A stretch of 64,000 nt of DNA, taken from contig NC_087245.1 in assembly GCF_037042905.1 (NCBI RefSeq), forward strand, positions 5,644,001-5,708,000. The letters are read 5' to 3'. This stretch comes from Lytechinus pictus. Lineage: Eukaryota. The position numbers and the translations under genes were made by a program. This document shows, in pieces, positions 40,027 through 53,501 of this stretch. Positions within the stretch are counted from its first letter, which is position 1; each line of letters starts with the position of its first letter. Below the pieces are notes generated by a model that did not search any database, was not told where the DNA came from, and saw nothing but the letters and a program-made list of their open reading frames with translations.

Positions 40027-40939
40027 CAGTAGAGGCGCACTGCCAATAATATGGAGACTCTCTCCAATGAATAGGGGAGACAATCTCCCACATTGGAGAC
40101 TTGCTTTGCAAAAAAAAGGACAAAAGAAACAACACCAACAAAAGCATGATTTTTTCCACCCAAAATTTTGTCTCACTGAGGTCAGAAGCCCATTTGTTTT
40201 GTGTGTGATTAACAACAAAAATCCTTATCAAAACAAAAGTAGACGTAGACCAAAAGCTTCGGTCTCTGTTATGTTGGTTGTTCAGCTGAACTCCGTTGGC
40301 TTCACTCACCAAATACAGAGACCGGAATCTAGCGCGATCTGTACAGGGGACTCAATGGCCATATGTTTATGTACTTAAGATCGGATAAAACGGGGAAGTG
40401 AATTTGCGCGACAGCCGAGGTAAGTCACTGTTTTTGTTCCTTTTAACTTGATTTTTCTCCGTTTTTTGGCAATTAATGCCAAGAGGGAATATTAATTTGC
40501 ATTTTGGTCGCGTTAATTTTCAAAATTTTTATTCATTAAAGACAAAAATTGAAGAGCCCCGACGGGGGGATTTTGCATTGCAAGTCCCCTAATGGTGGCT
40601 GCACGCTAGCGAGCCGTCTGTGTACGAGGAGAAATAAAAAAAAATAAAAAAAGTTAAAAAACTCCTCGAAACAGACGGCTGCCAGCTGTCTAAAGTAGAC
40701 GGTGAATTTTTAAAGTAGACGGTGAAAAGGGGTAATTTTTCATGAGGAATCTGCTTATCACATTTTTATTTGCCGCCAAGGTAATCCTTTTGCAGCAAAT
40801 GTAAACAAAGGAAATTGGTCTCCAAAACTGGAGACTGTCTCTGAAATTGGATACCCAAATTGTTTACAAAAGTCTCAGATATTGGAGATAATCTCCCACA
40901 TTGGAGACAGTCTCCAATATTGGCCGTGCGCCTCTACTG
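40027..40939. mobile_element. Non-autonomous DNA transposon with apparent 5-bp TSD
   Basis: TIRs CAGTAGAGGCGCAC / GTGCGCCTCTACTG; AATAA on both flanks; subterminal TTGGAGAC repeats. Confidence 0.8.
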
Positions 40940-41282
40940 AATAAGGACCTTTTTAATGTCCGCCTTCGAAGCCGCCAGTTTCAATGAAGAAATCCGAGGG
41001 GTGAAATTTTAGGAATATTCATTTTTTTAATTGTAATTGTATCAATTTTTCATGTTTCATATTATTAAACAAACTGAAATTTGAATGCATGACAAAACAT
41101 CAATAACCAAGCACTATTACGACGAGATATTTGCACATACCGTATATATATCAATTGACCTTTAATTACCTTTAATTAGTGAAAAAAGAAAGAATTTGAC
41201 CTTTACCATGTTTACTGAAACCAGATTTTAACACTTCCGATCGTTTGCGGCGAATGAAAATTTCAAATGTGGTCGGTGGAAT

Positions 41283-41673
41283 ATTATACAAATAATGCAT
41301 GCAGCCGAGTGCGTTAGTGGAAATGCAGAGCACGCGAGGTTTCTTTAGATAGGAGTCGCACTGTGCACGAGCCGCTTGCGGCGAGTGCCCAGTGTGCTCC
41401 ATCTGAAGAAACCGAGCTTTCTCTGCATTTACTTTTACGCACGACAGAGCAAGTGCATTATTTGTTTTATAAAATAGCAACACAGAAACAATTTTTTAAA
41501 AAGTTACAGTACAGTTTTGTTGGACTTCTACCGCACTGGTTTGCTCGAGCGTGCAATGTCAATTTTCGTTGCACACCTTTTGCACTACCGTGCAGTGCAC
41601 AAAAAAAGTTGGATGTCATGTGACGCGTATTGACCAATCGCGATGCTTAAAATAATACAGCTATTTTATAATA
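41283..41673. mobile_element. Crypton-like non-autonomous element
   Basis: Large left hairpin (about 41283-41472); internal TTATAAAATAGC is inverted at the right end (GCTATTTTATAA); no TIR or TSD. Confidence 0.5.
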
Positions 41674-42848
41674 TTCATTACTGTATATGCCAGATGAGTG
41701 CCCGCACATGCCCAGTCGAGCAAATTTGAGTCATATTTCAGGACATATTGCATAGTTTATTTTCACATGCCTCCGAATTATGTACTAGTTTACTACACAT
41801 GTAAGCAGACCAAGATGCGGCGAAAAAGTAATTATCATCACAAAAGCATATTTCCCTTTATGTATGACCTATAGCTGCAGAGTCACGCGGGAATCATTTG
41901 TCTACACAATCGCAAGAGATGTTGAGCAAAGTGCATGCCTGACATACTTTCTGCTGGCGGTTTTTAACCTTGTTCAAAGAGATATTTGCTGTTACTCCAT
42001 CTCATTTGAAACCTCCTTGGCTATACTAACCTCGAACTACGAACGTGTTCACGCAATGGATTTTTGAGTTGTCAGTTAATATCGCTTCATAAAACGAGAA
42101 TAATGTTAGCCGAAACTCATTCCGCTACTCACCAGGCCAGGCTTTTTCTGCAAATTCTGGTGAGAAGCGTTCCATTTTCAATTTTTAAAATATTTGTTTA
42201 GATTATATATAAAAAGCACATAAAAAAGAGCAATATCGCTTACATCGGCCTAGAAAGTGGCTTCATATGTCTCTTCCACGGAAATAAAAGGAAGGTCTTT
42301 GGTGGCGCTAAGACAATTCACAACCTTAATTCAGCTTGTCGGTATTTTTAAAACTAGATTCTACATGTAGATTCATTATATGCGCAATTCCCATGATTGT
42401 TTGATAAAATGTAGATCTAGACGCCAATAAATGCAATGACTTAAAAAACATACTTTTATATTATTTTTGCTGACGATAATACTTTTTGGAAAACATTCAA
42501 AGTGATGACAAATTAAACAAAAAATAGAAAATTCTACGTACCTTGAACAAAGCCCGCAGTGCTACCGTTTGTCAACAAATATTCCATCAAAGTCTTTACG
42601 CTTACAGTAAAAAGATTGGACAATTTGCCGAATTTGCGTAACGTTTTGCATCGATTTACGTGTAAAAGAGTTTTTGTGCCTAGTCTTTCCCTTGTGTCTT
42701 TGATATGAAGATAAATCGCGCGGGGACCGGGAAGAAAGGTGGATGGCGTCTATTATAAGCTTGCTAAATTTTATGCAATAATGGTCGCAATCAGGACAAA
42801 AAAATCCTTACCCAAGAGTTAGCCAGGGGCTAGTTATATCCCCTATAT

Positions 42849-43642
42849 CAGCGCTTCTCAACCTTTTTTTACTCGAGGACCACTTTGACTCTCAGATTTT
42901 CTTCGAGGCCCACCTACCAAAATTTTAAAAAAGTGATATGACTACTTGTCTCAACTCAAAGATAGACAATGGTTATAATGAGCATATAAGTGCGTATGTA
43001 TTTCAGTAGCCCGGCCTTTGAGCCCCTCCTCTAAACAAAACCATTACAACATAACAACTTAATAACAAGAATGCTGAATTCTACACACATTGCTTTAATA
43101 TGGCTTTGCATCGCTGCCAGGCATGATGAATCAAAATTTAATTTATTCAGGGTCATATTTTCTTACAGTTACATGTACATTCAAAGATTTTTCAATTTGT
43201 TTCCTCGCAATTTTTAAATCGTTTTAAAATGGTCAATTTTGATGAAAATATGTTCGTGAATTTTGAACACAAAGCCCTGAAGCACGTTTGAAACTAACAG
43301 TTCAAGAACTAACTGCATTTGCAAAGGTCCGGTAAATGCGCGACAATTAACTAAATTCTACACAATATGCATACATGATGAGGTTCACATCAAAGTTAGA
43401 TCGAAACCATAATGTGTATGCATATTGCAACATGCATAAAGCATGCTTTAGCTTTGTTTGACCCACGTAGACCAATCAAACAACATATTTGGGCTGTCGG
43501 ACAGGTCCAGGTCTGTGAAACATACTAGGGTCCCCCCTCCCCCCCCACACTTTTTTTTTCTTTCTCTGCAGCTTCTCGCGGCCAACCTGGGAGAGCTTCG
43601 CGGCCCACCAGTGGGCCGCGGCCCACTGTTTGAGAAGCGCTG
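42849..43642. mobile_element. hAT (Charlie-like) MITE
   Basis: TIRs CAGCGCTTCTCAA / TTGAGAAGCGCTG; 8-bp TSD CCCTATAT. Confidence 0.93.
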
Positions 43643-44155
43643 CCCTATATTATGTTCTAACCTAAGTAAAGTTTTACGCTGGCTAGATTTACCGTAAAAA
43701 GCCTCTAAATGTTTACTTTTCTTTGGCTAAATTTCCAAAGCTACTATCACATTATAATTAGCAATTGATTTCAAAAACAATTAAACAGCCAAATTTTTCT
43801 GGCTCGCTTCGCTCCATGGCGACTGTTACAATTTTTTCCACATGATATGTGGAATTGCTATGTTGTCCTGCCTCAAAATATTTCATTTGAATTCAATATG
43901 TGTTGTGTACGTACCCGCGATATGATAAAAAGTGGCCATTTGCAATATTTAAAAATATCTCGAGGCTCCGGGTGCTCCGCCCCAGACCAGTGGGAGAGTG
44001 AGTTGACCCCCCAAAAAAAAATTTTGAAAAATAAAAAAAGTATAGTAAATGTCATAAGCATCCTACTAAAGCTGCAAAGTGCTTCAAAACAGCTTTTTCT
44101 TCTTTAAATTTTGAAAAAAATTTAATGTTAGCTCCCAACAATATTTGTCACTATA

Positions 44156-45136
44156 CAGTGCGTATCAAAAAAAGTTTACACTTAGAAAAATATCCTGTAA
44201 ATTATACATTTGTAATATCCTGAAGATTTGTCCACATTTTAGCATTGGTACAGATACATTTAAGCAAATGACGATATAACTGTCGAAAAATATTTCCGCT
44301 TGGTGAGCACCACTTTTGAAAAGTTAGTGAAAAATGATTTGCGCAGAACTTTGAAATAGTAGTTACAGGAATAAAAATAAACCTTAATCATGAAAAACAC
44401 ATGGAATTTAGCTAGTCAATTGATTTGAAGATATCATTTACCTTTTTTAACTTGTTCCCTTGCCCAAAACACTTCGAAGAGTGCATTGCGCCCCACCCCC
44501 ACTCCCCCACACACCGAGGCCATCGTGACGATATTTTCTTTTCACTGAGCTGTGATTTGAATGAAATGGCTTGGGCTTGATTTTCATTTTGTTAATCATT
44601 GTCAAGCTTGGAAAAAGTGTGGAGAACCAAGTATTAAATGAAAAATGAAATGTAAACCAATTTTAAATGATAAAAACTTTGTGATAAAATGCTGGAGATG
44701 TCTGATATAATCTTTTGTTGAGATTCAGTTGTCCTCAGATCCAGCTGGCACAAAAAGGGTAAAGGTTCTGCTTACTAAGTGTTGAAATTTCAATTTGGGT
44801 GGCAAAATTGTTACAAAATGCTGGAATGTATCCGTTTAAATTTCAATTGACTAAAAGTGCAAGGGAAATGTATGAGAAATGTTTCGCAGGGTAAGTTGAT
44901 TTCGCCCTTTCCCCTTGACACAGCGTGAAAACGAGCATTTCTGCGCAAACAGATTTCTGTGAGCTGTACAAAAATGGACAGTGCTCACTCAAGTGTAACA
45001 TTCTGTCAAAACTTTTACTTTCATTGGATAGAAGAGACCCAAACCCAAGATTATATGTGAAAAAATTACCCACATGCTGTATATTTTTTAATTCCCAGGG
45101 CTTTTTTCAAAGTGTAAACTTTTTTGATACGCACTG
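44156..45136. mobile_element. Tc1/mariner non-autonomous element
   Basis: TA|CAGTGCGTATCAAAAAAAGTTTACACTT ... AAGTGTAAACTTTTTTGATACGCACTG|TA. Confidence 0.92.
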
Positions 45137-47587
45137 TATAACATAAATCTTTCAGGTCATTTTATAAAATTCGAAATGTCGCTCGCGCTACGCGCTCGCA
45201 GTAACTGTTGACTGATATAACTTAAGTAAATTATCTGTTTACATGGGGCTTAAAAATCCAAAGTTCAAGTCAATATGCTTCTCGCGATTAGAGTTTTCAT
45301 TATTCGTTTTAGCGAGATACACATCCTGCATATTCATGATTTTCATGAATGAAATTTTTTTAGCTTGCGCTACGCGCTCGCATCAATTGTTTAATTAGAT
45401 AGCCATCCAGTTCATGATTACAAAAAATGCTTAAAACGTCCAGTTATCATCTTAGGATATAAAAAATGTTCAGCTCGCGCTTCGCGCTCGCATTATTTAT
45501 TTGGTGAGATATCATCTTCATCACTCAATGCAATTTATTCTTAACAGGTCCCTTTTTCAAGTCAGTAGGGTCTACAATAAAAAAAATAGCTTGCACTTCT
45601 CGCTCGATTTTGAGAAATAGGCAAAATAGTGTGTTATGCCCCCAAATGTTATTTTGCCTCCCCCTAGGTTAACAATTCTGGTGCCGCCATTGCCCCGGAC
45701 CCGATCTGCATAGCACTGATCCCCAATAGTTACAACCGAGAATAAAAAAGAAAAGCTGAAAGAATAGGAAAGGAAAGGAAGATGTGAGATATGATGTTAT
45801 TTTCTGAATACCATGTCAAAATCAATCTCAACATAAAACCTAACTTTCACTAAGTCTTATCTTTACATTATTCTGAACCAAAATCTCTATTACAATCCAA
45901 ACTCTAATCCTATGCCTTCTTGAGATATTAAAGGGGTAAAGGGATATTTATATTTAAATAAATAGAGTAAGATAAGTCACGCGCCCTCTTTAGCTAATTA
46001 GACGAAAAATTTCGGAAATAGAAGTAAGCTCCGTATTTTGTCAACGTGAAGAAAAATCAGCACTTAAATGACGCTATTTGAGCTGAGGGATATTCATGAT
46101 ATTAGGAGGGCCATGCAATTGTTGCAATTTTGCATGCGCCGTGCCTTCAATTTTCCTGTACACGGCGGCACGTAATGCACCCATGGGTGACGAACCATCG
46201 CCGGAGGTATCTTACTCTTTAGATAGATCTAGACTCTAGCCTAGGCCTAACGTTAGGCCTAGGCCTAATACAGCCCTTTCCTTGCCTGGTCCCCATCAAT
46301 TGATATTCAGGTACCGGCGGTAGATACATGTAGATCTATTTGGAAGGTGCAGAGATTCTCTAACAGAACATGTTGTTATTACTAGATCTACCCACTCGTT
46401 CGCGCCTAGCCAGGAGGCTCCTAGAGAGTAAAAATCATTCTACCAACGTAGGCTTATTCTCCACGGAGCCAGGGATGGGATGCCATTGCTCTACACAAAC
46501 CAAGTATTTTGGAGACAACAATGTTGCTCCAAAATACTTGTTTTCTGTAGGGTTTTGAGCCCAAACTTATGTAAATGGCCTGAAAGTATATTTACCCCTC
46601 GCATGCACTAATGATGCATGTATTTATTCAAATAAATAGAAAAAAATGAGAAAAATAATTAAGAGCACAAGCTCTTTTTACTTACAGTCTGTTACCGTCG
46701 CCATCTTGCCGTCTTTGTTATCGTAGCCTATAGATACAAGACGCGTGTAGAAGGCAACAATATCATGAGCAGTGCCAACTTTGATGAAAAAAAATACTTG
46801 CATTGGCCGATAAATATCATGAATCGTACGCTTACTGTGTTTAGACTGTGCTTGACTGACCAGACCGGCAGATGAATTAAAACTTTAAAAGGTAGATTAA
46901 GAAAAAAAGTCCTCACATTGTCCAGTACTAGAGGCGCTGGTCAGAAAATTGGGATCGTCCCCGTTTACAGGGACTGTCAGTTTTTAAAAATTTCTCCACG
47001 CAAGAAATCTAGCAAAGTTCATTCACCTGTCAAGTGCCGACATCAATCGAGTGCGCTAGTCAAGGTATGAGGTTTCATAACGATTATAGGAAGACGGCAA
47101 GTCGTGAAAAACACAATGAACTGGGGTAAATTGAGGTCACTGAATTAGCACTCAATCCCTGTAATTGCCATCTATGTCCTGCAGGGCCAGGGGTAAGTGA
47201 AAAAAAAAACTGTGCCCATAAACAAAGACAATCTCAATTTATGATTTGTCATGGATTTTGAGGATACCCTTGTTTTCTGGGACAATCCCAATTCAGTGCC
47301 TCTACTGATTGTCATTGGTATTTATAATGCATATCATTTTCATTTATTTGATGTACGTAATTCGTAAAGTGGCACTGCGGACAAAATTAGCCTAAGTTAG
47401 TCCTAACGTTAGACGACTCTGTGATGATATTTTAATGATAATTTGTGTTATTTGTCTTTTCATCAAGGAGCCTTGACAGTTGACACGGACCCTATAGACC
47501 TGTGTTTCGAAAGTAGTAATGAATTGTAGGAAGTAGTAGGCATATTAGGAATGAATTGTATTGACACATGATTGATTTTGATTCCAG

Positions 47588-47720
47588 TCTGCAGCAGAAG
47601 AAAGGCGATTGAAGAAATTTCAACAGGTTCAATTTGTCAAGACGATTCAGTGGGATAAGTTCAAAGATGGATGGCCTAATCTCTTCATTGAGAAAGTCAG
47701 AGAATGCGCTGGAAGGGATG
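47588..47720 (+). CDS. Class II PRPP synthetase, exon 2 (...IQWDKFKDGWPNLFIEKVRECAGRD)
   Basis: W..F.DG.PNLF class II motif; TTCCAG acceptor and GTAAGT donor. Confidence 0.93.
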
Positions 47721-48053
47721 GTAAGTAGCATGTGGTGTTTTTTCTGTTTTCTTTACATCCCATTTGCTTAGATTCACACTTCATTTATGTCCATTCATTT
47801 TGACCTTGGAGTCCATTGCATACCATCTTTTTGATATAGGCCTAGATCTTAATAGCATAACGTTGACAGATAGAAAGCCGGGGGCTCTCAACTATTTTGT
47901 TGTATACATGGGAGACCACAGGTCTTCAGAACCACCCTTGCTTATTGATTAATTTTATTTCTGCCTCATATTCAGAGATGTGTAATAAATATTACAAGCA
48001 GTGAAATATCAACAAAAATTTATTTTTGTTCATGAAAAAGAATGGTTATTTAA

Positions 48054-48649
48054 AAGTAAAGTCCACCCCAGAAAAACATTGATTTGAATAAATAGAGACG
48101 AATCAAACTAACATAAAGCTGAAAATTTCATCAAAATCGGATGTAAATTAAGAAAGTTATGGCATTTTAAAGTTCCGCTTATTTTTCACAAAACAGTGAT
48201 ATGCACAACTCAGTGTCATGCAAGTGAGTTAGTCAATGATGTCAATCACTCACTATTTCTTTTGTTTTTTATTGTTTGAATTAAACAATATTTCATTTTT
48301 TACAGATTTGACATTAAGGACCAAGTTGACTGAACCCTATAGTAATTAAACAATACTAATTCCACATGTTCAGTGAGGAATAAATCGTTGTTTTACTTGA
48401 CAATGAGGAGAAAATCAAAATATTTCATATAATAAAATACAAAAGAAATAATGAGTGGATGATGTCATCAGTCTCCTTATTTGCATACCAACCAGGATGT
48501 GCCTGTAACTGTTTTGTGAAATTAAGCGAAACTTTAAAATGTCATAACTTTCTTATTTTACATCAGATTTTGATAAAATTGTCAGTGTTATGCTTGTTGG
48601 ATTTTCTTTTTTTATTCAAATCAATGTTTTGTTGGGGTAGACTTATCCT
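48054..48649. mobile_element. TTAA/Kolobok-like MITE, full length
   Basis: TTAA flanks; same family as 12005-12613, opposite orientation. Confidence 0.82.
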
Positions 48650-49593
48650 TTAAATTAAAGGAATGCAGTAGACCACCAAAATGAACGATTAAGCTTCATA
48701 ATGATGGATTGGCGGCCTCTTAAAATACAGGTATTCCAAACATAATGTCAAGTCATTAGAATCATGAATGTTTCTATACTATTGCTACCACAATAAATTT
48801 GGTATCAAAGGAATAAACAAAAGAAATTGTTGTGTTCCTTTTAATGTTAAATTAGCCATTGATTTTTACCTTCCTCTGTAATCATATTAATGATTTGCAT
48901 TTTTTTTTTTTGCTTTACAAATACAACTATGCATACATTTTAAGATAACTTTAAATGTATGCACCTTTTGTTTTGGGTAGCAGAGCAATCATCCTATGTA
49001 GAACAGGGCAGTTGTGATTATGGGGGCCAGACAATTTCTTTAACTTCATATTTGCATCTTGTTTATGATGACCCAAGAATCTGTATACAAATAGTCTGGG
49101 TTGTCATAGCCAGTGGGCAGCAAGTGGCAGCCATTTAAAATTTAGGGTTTTCTGTAATTTTTTCCTAATGCTTTTGCATTTAGCGTACTTCCTTATTTTC
49201 TTTAATGGGCCTCTAGTGAGGCAAATTCACTGAGAAATGGATTTCCCAAATAATAAGGAGAATCCCCCCCTCGATCTCCTCTTTATATTCATATTCATGG
49301 GAAATGTTATTTGTGTATTTATTTTGGTCATGTCACCACTTGTTCAAGGGAGTTTATTTACTAACCATATATTTTCCCCATTTAAGTATGCATGTCATTC
49401 TATGGTACCTCATTAAAAATCATTGACAAAAAAAATTACTGTCAGTGTGGTTGCTCTTGTAACATATGCATGTGGAATTTTCATTATCAAAGAATTGTGA
49501 TTTAATTATGTCATAGATAATTTTCACTCACCATTAATACCTGTTTTGTTCTTTGTGTTTTTGATTTTATCATACTTTTTTGTTACTGTGCAG

Positions 49594-49666
49594 TCATATT
49601 TCTTGGAAGTTTTCATTCCCCTGAGGTGGTGTTTGAGCAACTCTCAATAATCTACCATATGCCAAG
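49594..49666 (+). CDS. Class II PRPP synthetase, exon 3 (VIFLGSFHSPEVVFEQLSIIYHMPR)
   Basis: Resembles plant PRS4 VAFLASFSSPAVIFEQISVIY; phases 1/2 consistent. Confidence 0.93.
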
Positions 49667-50432
49667 GTATTCATTCAACTTTTCTTATAGCAGATCTCTC
49701 ATACCCTTTACTTCTAATGACAAAAAACAACAGGTATTTTTTTATCGGGAATTCTTTCAGAATCATAAACTAACAGGATCATGTGCCTGTACATGTATTT
49801 TGCAATATTAAAAGAAAAGTAACCATAATATCCCCCAATAAATCACCTACATACTATGTACAAGGTGACCTGGGGTGACTTTGGAAAACATCTTTAAAAT
49901 GTCTTTGTTTCTCCCCATCTTACATGTAAGTAATTAAGCAGGGATTGAGAGTATCTTTGGAAAAGTGGGATGTAAATCATTAAATATATCTAACTTAAAA
50001 CTAGAGAGTTCATATCCACTCTGCAGAGTGCTGAAGGTGCTGTTATTGTTTTCTTGGCTGTGGACATGGAATGGAAGTTTTTTTAAAGTCTCGGGGGGAG
50101 GGGGTGTTGGAATGAGCCTTATGCTGCTCCTTCCCTGAGTATTTCACCGCTATCTACACAATTGTTATGAAAAAATCAGCATATGCACAACTCTTTCTAT
50201 TTATTTTCCCCAAAAAATATTAGTGTGTTGTTAATGCCCTCTAGTATGCAAATTTTATGCTTCATTTCATTTCTCTACAAAATCACTCTATAAAGCCTCG
50301 AAATTGCTATATTTTGTTGGAAATCTCTCTGTGACGTATTGTCAAGACGAAAAACTTAACTCACTTTTATCACTTGCTTTAATGCATAAGATATGAATAA
50401 TGTTAATTGGTAATTACACCATCATAATTATA

Positions 50433-51158
50433 TAATATTGACTGGCCTTGAGGAGAACATCGAATATGTCATCCGCAACAGAATCATATTGGCCCGAGTC
50501 TTTAGATGAGGGCAATATGGTTCTTTTAAGGGCGACATATTTGATGTTTCCCGAAAGAAGAGCCAGTCAATATTATTATTACCTAAGGCTGTACAATGTG
50601 TAATTCAAGCTGTTATTTGGAACAATTTACATGCCTGTTTGCTTATCAATACTTTTGATTTCAGGTTATTCACCAACTTAGCGAAGTAACCCTTGATAAG
50701 CAATTGTGACATAAATTGTTACCTTGTAGTTGCGCATCATTCATGAGGCGCACATACACTCAATGCGTACAAATCTTGCGCTTGGGTTGCGTTTGTTTAT
50801 TTTATTTTATAATGCATATGTAAATATTTAAAATGCAAAAGAAGAATACATTGTAAAGTTTGCATGAAAGTGGCTCCAATACCCTAATAAGGGTGACATG
50901 GGTGTAATAAATTCATTCATTGGTTCATAAACTGGTTCCAGCCAGATTTCTCAAATACTGAGATTAGCGATCAAAATCGGCTCCTACTGCGCAAGCGCAC
51001 TAGCAAAAATATGGCCAATATTGCCCTCTGTTTTGTACAGGATTCCTATGGGCAAAGCCCGGGGAGGGTAACATATCAAATGTTTACCTCGTTGGTCTCT
51101 GATTTAAAGTAGCCAGCGAAATATGACTTTTATTTATGTCCTAAAATAAGGTAATAAT
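50433..51158. mobile_element. Crypton-like non-autonomous element
   Basis: Left hairpin AATATTGACTGGC...GCCAGTCAATATT; internal ATTATTACCT is inverted at the right end (AGGTAATAAT). Confidence 0.5.
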
Positions 51159-51536
51159 GTGTCATATAAAAACAGTCCTTCAAAATAAAACTTTGCCATG
51201 AAATTTATCATGAAAGGTTTTCACACAATTAAAAGCTATTCAGTATGTACCTGGTGCTACTCACTCTTTGTATACCATTTTGCTATTTCATTTAAGTTCG
51301 TAACAGTTTCTTTCTTTGTATTTCTGTGTGCTTTGTTGTTGTTGTTTTGTCTGGTTTTTACCCTATGTACAATTCATGATTAAACATTTCCAGCTTACAT
51401 GAATAATTTTCCATTATTGTTCATTCTCTTAGTCATAAAGCCATGCCATATAAATTACAGTTTTATACATCACTGTAGAGTCTATATCTTACAGTAAAAC
51501 AAAACTGTTTAAGGAGAAAAAGTGGACATTCCAATC

Positions 51537-52577
51537 TTGTCTCGCCTGCATAGCAGAGCGAGACTATTAAATACATGTAGATGCCTTTTTTCCGACGGCG
51601 GTGACGGCGTTGTCAACATTGAAATCTTAACCAAGGTTAAGTTTTTATAACGTCATCATAACTTAGATTGTATATGGACCTAGTTCATGAAACTTAGACA
51701 TACAGGTAATCAAGTATAATGTACTACTGAACATCCTGCTTGAGTTTCAGGCCACATGACCAAGGTCAAAGGTCATTTAGGGTCAATGAGCTTAAACCAT
51801 GTTGGGGGAATCAATATCGAAGTCTTAACCAAGGTTAAGTTTTTTAAACGTCATCATAACTTAGAAAGTAATAGGACCTAGTTCATGAAACTTTGACATA
51901 AGGGTGATAGTGTATCACTGAAGATCCTGCCTGAGTTTCAGGTCACACGACCAAGGTCAAAGGTCCGTTAGGGTCAACAAACTTTGACAATGTTAGGGGT
52001 ATTTGTGGAATTTTCATCATAACTTGTAAATTTTATGGATCTAGTTCATGAAACTTAGACACAAGAGCAATTAAGTATCCCTAAACATCCTGTGCTAGTT
52101 TCAAGTCACATGACCAAGGTCAAATGTCATTAATGGTCATCAAATTTTGATAATGTGGGGGTATTTGTGGATCTGTCATCATAACTTTATAAGTTTATAG
52201 ATCTAGTTCATGAAACTTGGACATAAGAGTGACCATGTATCCCTGAATCTCCTTTGCGTGTTTCAGGTCACATGATTAAGATCAAAGGTCATTTAAGGCC
52301 AATGTTGAATTGGCATCATAACTTAGAAAGTTTATGAATCTACACATAGTTCATGAAACATAGACATAAGCGTAATCAAGTATGAATTATTGTTTTGCAC
52401 GCGTCTTAGGTTACATATCATGGTTAAAGGTCATGTTGGGTCAATGGGCCTGGTATTTATTATAGTATTAGTGTTTTCTTTTGTGAATAATTATTCAATA
52501 GCTGTTTTTAAAGTCAGCCCTGCTGCTATATTGAACCGCGTAATGCAGGCGAGACAGCCAGAGGCGTTCCACTTGTT
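51537..52577. mobile_element. Helentron/HINE-like element, reverse orientation
   Basis: Reverse complement of the 26509-27460 family, with GGTCAAAGGTCA-containing monomers. Confidence 0.75.
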
Positions 52578-52668
52578 TAATCAGTAATACCAGTCTTAAT
52601 TTTGTATATCTGCCATTTTTTCTAAAATTTTAATGTTCTCTTTTTTTTTAATTTTTCCATTAATATAG

Positions 52669-52762
52669 GTACTTAGCCAGATCATTCAAATTTATTCTAC
52701 CCTATTTTCCCACCGGTACTATGGAGAGGATTGATACAGAAGGACAAATAGCTACAGCTAAG
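52669..52762 (+). CDS. Class II PRPP synthetase, exon 4 (YLARSFKFILPYFPTGTMERIDTEGQIATAK)
   Basis: LPYFPTGTMER is the class II-type loop; AG/GT sites, phases 2/0. Confidence 0.95.
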
Positions 52763-53035
52763 GTATTCATTTATTGATTGTTTTTATATTAGATCAGTAT
52801 GTAAGAACATGTACCTGTAATCAAAAGTGCAAAGAGAGAATACGATATATTTCTTAAAAGATGAAAAGAGAAAAAGAAGAAGCTTATTTTACAATTAATT
52901 TTGACGTTGAAACAGAGTAGATGTCATGATTCATAGGACTGCATGGATAGAAAATATTTGTATATTTTGAAACATAATTGTATGCAATACTACAAACCTA
53001 TATTTCATTTTTGATATGGTTACTTTTGTTACTAG

Positions 53036-53154
53036 GTTCTGGCAATGCTGCTTTCTGCTATTCCTTCAACAGCTCGGGGACCAGCTCAGATTGTTATGTT
53101 TGATATTCATGCTCTACCTGAGAGATTCTACTTCTCTGATCAGGTTATTCCAAG
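53036..53154 (+). CDS. Class II PRPP synthetase, exon 5 (VLAMLLSAIP...FDIHALPERFYFSDQVIPR)
   Basis: DIHAL.ERFYF motif; phases 0/2. Confidence 0.95.
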
Positions 53155-53501
53155 GTGAATTAGTTTAGTCCCCTCCCCCTCTCCCCTGTTCAAATTTTGA
53201 GATTGAATATGAGATATGGGTTATTAATACAACACTGCATGCCTTTTCTGAGTCAATATGCTAATAAATGGTTCATGTTTGTGATTTGTGTATAAATCAA
53301 TAGACATTGGCTTAATCTTTAAATCTGTAAACTGGAGATAATTTTTCATTGTAATTTGTCCAACTGGCCATTATCATGGTTTGAGAATGGGATTGGGGGC
53401 ATCCTGCACCCACCTTTTAAATATATCGTAGAGTTATTCACAGTTTTTTTTTTAAGTCTTCAAGCCGATCAAAAGTTACCATATTGACCATTGATCGTGG
53501 T

